A stretch of 62,175 nt of DNA, counting the filler, from an uncultured Methanosarcinales archaeon (GTDB lineage: Archaea > Nanobdellota > Nanobdellia > Woesearchaeales > CAIVOO01): the NCBI GenBank assembly GCA_964485195.1. It is 7 parts of 7 records of this genome, joined end to end, with 100 filler letters (N's around TTAATTAATTAA, not from the genome) between each part and the next. Parts side by side here need not be neighbours in the genome. Positions count along the whole stretch, not along the records: positions 57,284 to 62,175 come from CAZAIK010000020.1; 6 more parts are not named here. One strand, given 5' to 3'. Both the position numbers and the translations under genes were made by a program. Positions 58,462-62,175 of the stretch are shown here, piece after piece. Position 1 is the stretch's first letter, and each line of letters starts with the position of its first letter. The notes under the pieces were generated by a model that saw nothing but the letters and a program-made list of their open reading frames with translations, searched no databases and was not told where the DNA came from.

Positions 58462-58767
58462 TATATCAAATTCTGAAACCTTCNNNNNNNNNNNNNNNNN
58501 NNNNNNNNNNNNNNNNNNNNNNNNNNNNNNNNNNNNNNNNNNNNNNNNNNNNNNNNNNNNNNNNNNNNNNNNNNNNNNNNNNNGGCAGCAATGCCTTATG
58601 CGCGGTGCCTACGCAGGTTCAAATCCTGCTCCCCGCATATATCAAATTCTGAAACCTTCAAATAACAGCCAGTTTCAGCAAGCAGACCTTGCGTCTGCTA
58701 GTGGGTTGATAAGGCAGCAATGCCTTATGCGCGGTGCCTACGCAGGTTCAAATCCTGCTCCCCGCAT
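58429..58767 (+). repeat. 129-bp tandem repeat containing the tRNA-Leu 3' end; copy number unresolved (scaffold gap 58484-58583)
   Basis: GTGCCTACGCAGGTTCAAATCCTGCTCCCCGCA ends at 58461, 58637 and 58766. Confidence 0.9.
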
Positions 58768-58986
58768 CACCTTTTCTCTTATATTCTTGTTTTAATCAAA
58801 TAAAACTATTTTACTTACGGCGGCCCTTAAAATTCAGGATTTTTGGTTTTGTGCTGGATTGTCAGGACCGCAAAAAAAGCGTTTGAAAGGAAAATTTAAA
58901 TTAATTTCAATATTAAAAATAATTAAAAAACCACCTTTTCAGCGAAATATTTATAAAGAAACAGCCATATAGTTTATCACAATATA

Positions 58987-61900
58987 GTGGTAAAAATGCA
59001 GGAAGGAAATCCTAATTTCAGCGTGTCAGTATTCAGGGCAGGGCCCTACAAGATAGAGCTAGCCCACAAAGGGGAAATTCCGCCAGAATACGGAGTGAAT
59101 GAGGCATACTTTCCAGGAGGGCCTCAGATAACATTAAGGGAAGACAAGCTGGACATGGAATCAACAGGCATCAAAAGCCCCAGTGTCCTGCACTTAAACC
59201 AGCTTACTCTTGCAGAAAAACAATTCAAAGACATACGAAAAGAGCACAATTTCTCACTAATACCCCACGCAGCAAGCTCAATAGACAGGATTGTGGGGAC
59301 AATACTCCAGACAGTCTCGGAAATCTCCCCCAGGTTCGGCTATTACCCCATAAGCTACCTCTCAAGGACACTGGATGTTGACCCCCTGGACTATCTTGAG
59401 CAGGAAAGCCTGAACAGTGACTGGACAGCAAACACCCTGGCATTGCTGAAAACAATGGGCTACTACGAGGTTGAAAAGGACATAGACCCCATAAAGGAAG
59501 ACCTGGATCCAGCACCACAGCAGGAGATAAAAAAAGACACCTCGCGAATAGCAGACCTCGCCAGGCGGACGGGATGTGAAGACAGGATGAGTGAGATAAC
59601 AAGCTTGTTTGAGCAGACAGCGATGATTAACAAGCTGATTTACGATGAAAAAAGCCCTGGAGGCGTGCTGGAAAGGCTAAAAAAGCCAAAGGACGAAAGG
59701 TTCGGCATAGCAAGAGCGGACTTCCAGTTTCCCCTAGAACTTATAGGATGCGCACTGTATGAGAAATTCGGGAAAAATGTTTCAGACAGGTTCTTCAGGG
59801 AATACTTCGTGTTTGACATCTGGGACGAGAAAGACCGCGCCCAGGCAGCCACAAAGGACCTGACAAGCGACCGCGCCAGGAGCGAGACACAAAAGGCCGT
59901 GGAAGAGGCAAAAAAAAGCACAAATGAGTACATTCAGGCAAAGGAAAAGATAACAAGAGAAGTGTCCCAGAGGATAATTGACAAGAACATAAATGACCTG
60001 AGGCTGTTCATAGGAGGGCTTCACTTTTACGAAGACGTATGGCTAATAGACAACAATGAAGCCATTCCTGAACTCGCAAGGTTCTCAGTAGCTGAAGAAA
60101 AAGGAGAAGGCGGAAGAAGGAAACGCAGGTATTTCCTGGAAGACAAGGAAACAGCTCTTGAAGAGCTCACCCAGGAAGAAAGGCTGATAATAGACGCTCT
60201 TGAGAACCTGAGAAAAAAAGGGGACAACAGGGAGATAGGATTTTTTGAAGTGGGAAAGAACCAGTACGGGCTGAAGATAGACTTCAACAGGATAAAGCTT
60301 TTCGCCTCAGGAATAATGCCCACAGAAGAGCTGACAGGGGAAGAGGCAGAAATGCTTCACAAAATGGAAAGGATGATAGAGCAGGAGTTTGAATTCTGCT
60401 ATGAAAAAGAGGAAGGATCTCATTACTCAGTCCACGTGGGCCAGAGGGAAATAGGAGAGGTAACTCTGCCCCGGGGAGTTACACCCGCATACCTCAAGGA
60501 ACTAACACTTTTTGACTTGCTGAAGGACGAAGAAACCGAGCAGGCAGAGGAGGAGATAAAGCGCAACATAGAAGTGCAGGACGCCTGGTACAAGGTTTAC
60601 CAGATGCTCCCGCCCGAGCTAAGGCTTTCTGACGAGGATGCCAGCAAGGTAATGACAGGGGAAGCAACCGAAACTGCCCACAGGGCCTCAATAAGCAAGG
60701 TAAGGTTCCAGAAAGACCCCCGCAACAGGTACGGCGTGAAAAGAAAATTGCGAAGCACGGGGAAAAGCGAGGAGCTGGGAATGATAAGCCTTTCAGGAAA
60801 TTTGGAAGAGCTTGAGGAAAAGCCCCTGGCAGGCATTCACTCCCTTGATGAAATGCAAAAAAGGGAAAGGCTCGAGCTTTCAAGGATGAAATTCTCAGGT
60901 GTTGATTATTTCGCAGAGAACGGCCACGTCTGGGTGACCAGAAAAGCAGGGCTTGACGAACTAATGGAAGGTTTGCATCACGAACTCGGCACTGCAGGCT
61001 CCAAGGTTGACATGAAGCTTGTGAGGATTACCCACCAGGGCAACAGGGAATTCTACGAAAGACTGCTGGAAGCATACCTCAATGACAGGAAGATAAGCCC
61101 GGAAGAGAGAATGCACCTCCTGAAAGAAAGGAAAGAAAAAAATGTTGCCCTGACAAACGATGACATAAGAAGGATGATGCTGCAGGCAAAAGCAACAGCC
61201 CACAGGGGAATATTTGACAGGGTCCAGCACCAGATTGCGGAATACGCAAGGGACGGAGTGCTGGAAGTGCACGAGGACTACGTGATAGAAGACCTCTTCG
61301 TGCCTGTCCTTCGGGGGGAGCAGGTCCCGCAGGACCTTATAAACTTCATCAACAAGAGAAAAAGGCACGCTGTCAGGAAGATAGAGAGAAAGATTCCCGA
61401 GCAGACAGAGCTGCTTGAGCTGATAACAAAAACAGTGATAGGGGGGAAGGGAAGCTTTGAAAACAACAAGGACTATTCCCGGCTGCTCCAGGTAGTCGGG
61501 GACATGACAATGCCCCCTGAGAATAAGGAAGCATACTTCACGGAGATGAGGAACAAGTACAGCACAAGGTTCTTGATGCACCTCACCCAGCTGATAGATG
61601 AAATGCCTGATGTCGGGGAAGATGTTTTTGCAGACAGCTTCTACGCCCATTTTGAGACAAGCAAGGGCAGCCTTGTGAAGAGGATTAAGAAACTGCTTGA
61701 GGACGAGGGAGTCATAGAGCAGGTCAAGGCAGGCTTTGACTCAATAATGGGCCCCTTCGGAGGGATGGAAGAGGAAAAGTTCAAGAAATACGCAAGGGCC
61801 CTGGCCCGACTTCCCAAGGAGGTGAGGGAAAAGGTAAAAGAGAACATGCAGACGCACACAGGCAAGGACCATGTCGGGGGTGAAATTCTCAACTACCTCA

Positions 61901-62154
61901 ACAACGAGCTTCTGACAGAAGAGGCGCTCAACCAGGTTATGAGCTCTGAATCAGTTGAGAAGGCAATGGAAGGAGGGGATGAGGAAGCTGTTGACGACGC
62001 ATTCGCAAGCGCATTCGGAATGGGCCGGTCAGAAAAGCCGGTGGAGCAGGAACTCTACCAAAAGTACAAGGAAAGAGAAGAGAAGATAAAGAAGGAAGGG
62101 GGCATTACAGACCAGGACCTGGAAGACCTCTTCGGAGAGGAGGAAGGGTTTTGA
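58987..62154 (+). CDS. Large acidic, helical hypothetical protein (about 1050 aa)
   Basis: Uninterrupted ORF with purine-rich codon usage like the other archaeal genes, TTTATAAA upstream; no motif recognised. Confidence 0.75.
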   Translation: MVKMQEGNPNFSVSVFRAGPYKIELAHKGEIPPEYGVNEAYFPGGPQITLREDKLDMESTGIKSPSVLHLNQLTLAEKQFKDIRKEHNFSLIPHAASSIDRIVGTILQTVSEISPRFGYYPISYLSRTLDVDPLDYLEQESLNSDWTANTLALLKTMGYYEVEKDIDPIKEDLDPAPQQEIKKDTSRIADLARRTGCEDRMSEITSLFEQTAMINKLIYDEKSPGGVLERLKKPKDERFGIARADFQFPLELIGCALYEKFGKNVSDRFFREYFVFDIWDEKDRAQAATKDLTSDRARSETQKAVEEAKKSTNEYIQAKEKITREVSQRIIDKNINDLRLFIGGLHFYEDVWLIDNNEAIPELARFSVAEEKGEGGRRKRRYFLEDKETALEELTQEERLIIDALENLRKKGDNREIGFFEVGKNQYGLKIDFNRIKLFASGIMPTEELTGEEAEMLHKMERMIEQEFEFCYEKEEGSHYSVHVGQREIGEVTLPRGVTPAYLKELTLFDLLKDEETEQAEEEIKRNIEVQDAWYKVYQMLPPELRLSDEDASKVMTGEATETAHRASISKVRFQKDPRNRYGVKRKLRSTGKSEELGMISLSGNLEELEEKPLAGIHSLDEMQKRERLELSRMKFSGVDYFAENGHVWVTRKAGLDELMEGLHHELGTAGSKVDMKLVRITHQGNREFYERLLEAYLNDRKISPEERMHLLKERKEKNVALTNDDIRRMMLQAKATAHRGIFDRVQHQIAEYARDGVLEVHEDYVIEDLFVPVLRGEQVPQDLINFINKRKRHAVRKIERKIPEQTELLELITKTVIGGKGSFENNKDYSRLLQVVGDMTMPPENKEAYFTEMRNKYSTRFLMHLTQLIDEMPDVGEDVFADSFYAHFETSKGSLVKRIKKLLEDEGVIEQVKAGFDSIMGPFGGMEEEKFKKYARALARLPKEVREKVKENMQTHTGKDHVGGEILNYLNNELLTEEALNQVMSSESVEKAMEGGDEEAVDDAFASAFGMGRSEKPVEQELYQKYKEREEKIKKEGGITDQDLEDLFGEEEGF

Positions 62155-62175
62155 TTACCATCGTCAGCGTATGCC

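Noticed and set aside
58429..58767. CRISPR-like array
   Set aside because: Visible intervening sequences are identical rather than unique spacers, the repeat is a tRNA end, and no cas genes are seen
58598..58795. 65-aa ORF with an internal repeat
   Set aside because: Translation of the tRNA-derived tandem repeat

Overview
This window is not one replicon. It is seven contigs joined by 100-nt N-TTAATTAATTAA-N linkers. Contigs 1 (1-20894), 3 (32058-41195) and 7 (57284-62175) look like a DPANN archaeon (Woesearchaeota/Pacearchaeota-like): Rpp21, prefoldin alpha, TrmB, NIP7-like PUA protein, TATA-like boxes and tRNAs with bulge-helix-bulge (BHB) introns. Contigs 2, 4 and 6 look like a diderm bacterium (Aminicenantes-like): TonB-dependent receptor, GWxTD proteins, GH127, sulfatase and DUF885. 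Contig 5 is bacterial, with orphan lipoproteins and REP-like repeats. Taxonomy is inferred from gene content only. The strongest signals are all archaeal. (i) A free-standing, frameshifted double-motif LAGLIDADG endonuclease reads into a two-intron tRNA-Leu(UAG) and stops inside the first intron; a 129-bp tandem repeat carrying the tRNA 3' end follows. (ii) A tRNA-Ile(UAU) has three BHB introns. (iii) A clear homologue of ArmA/Rmt-type 16S m7G1405 aminoglycoside-resistance methyltransferases is present. (iv) An operon of a ~2300-aa surface protein plus a MinD/ParA ATPase is bracketed by two unannotated ParG-like ribbon-helix-helix (RHH) genes. (v) There are several small structured non-coding elements, one with terminal inverted repeats (TIRs) and a 9-bp target-site duplication.
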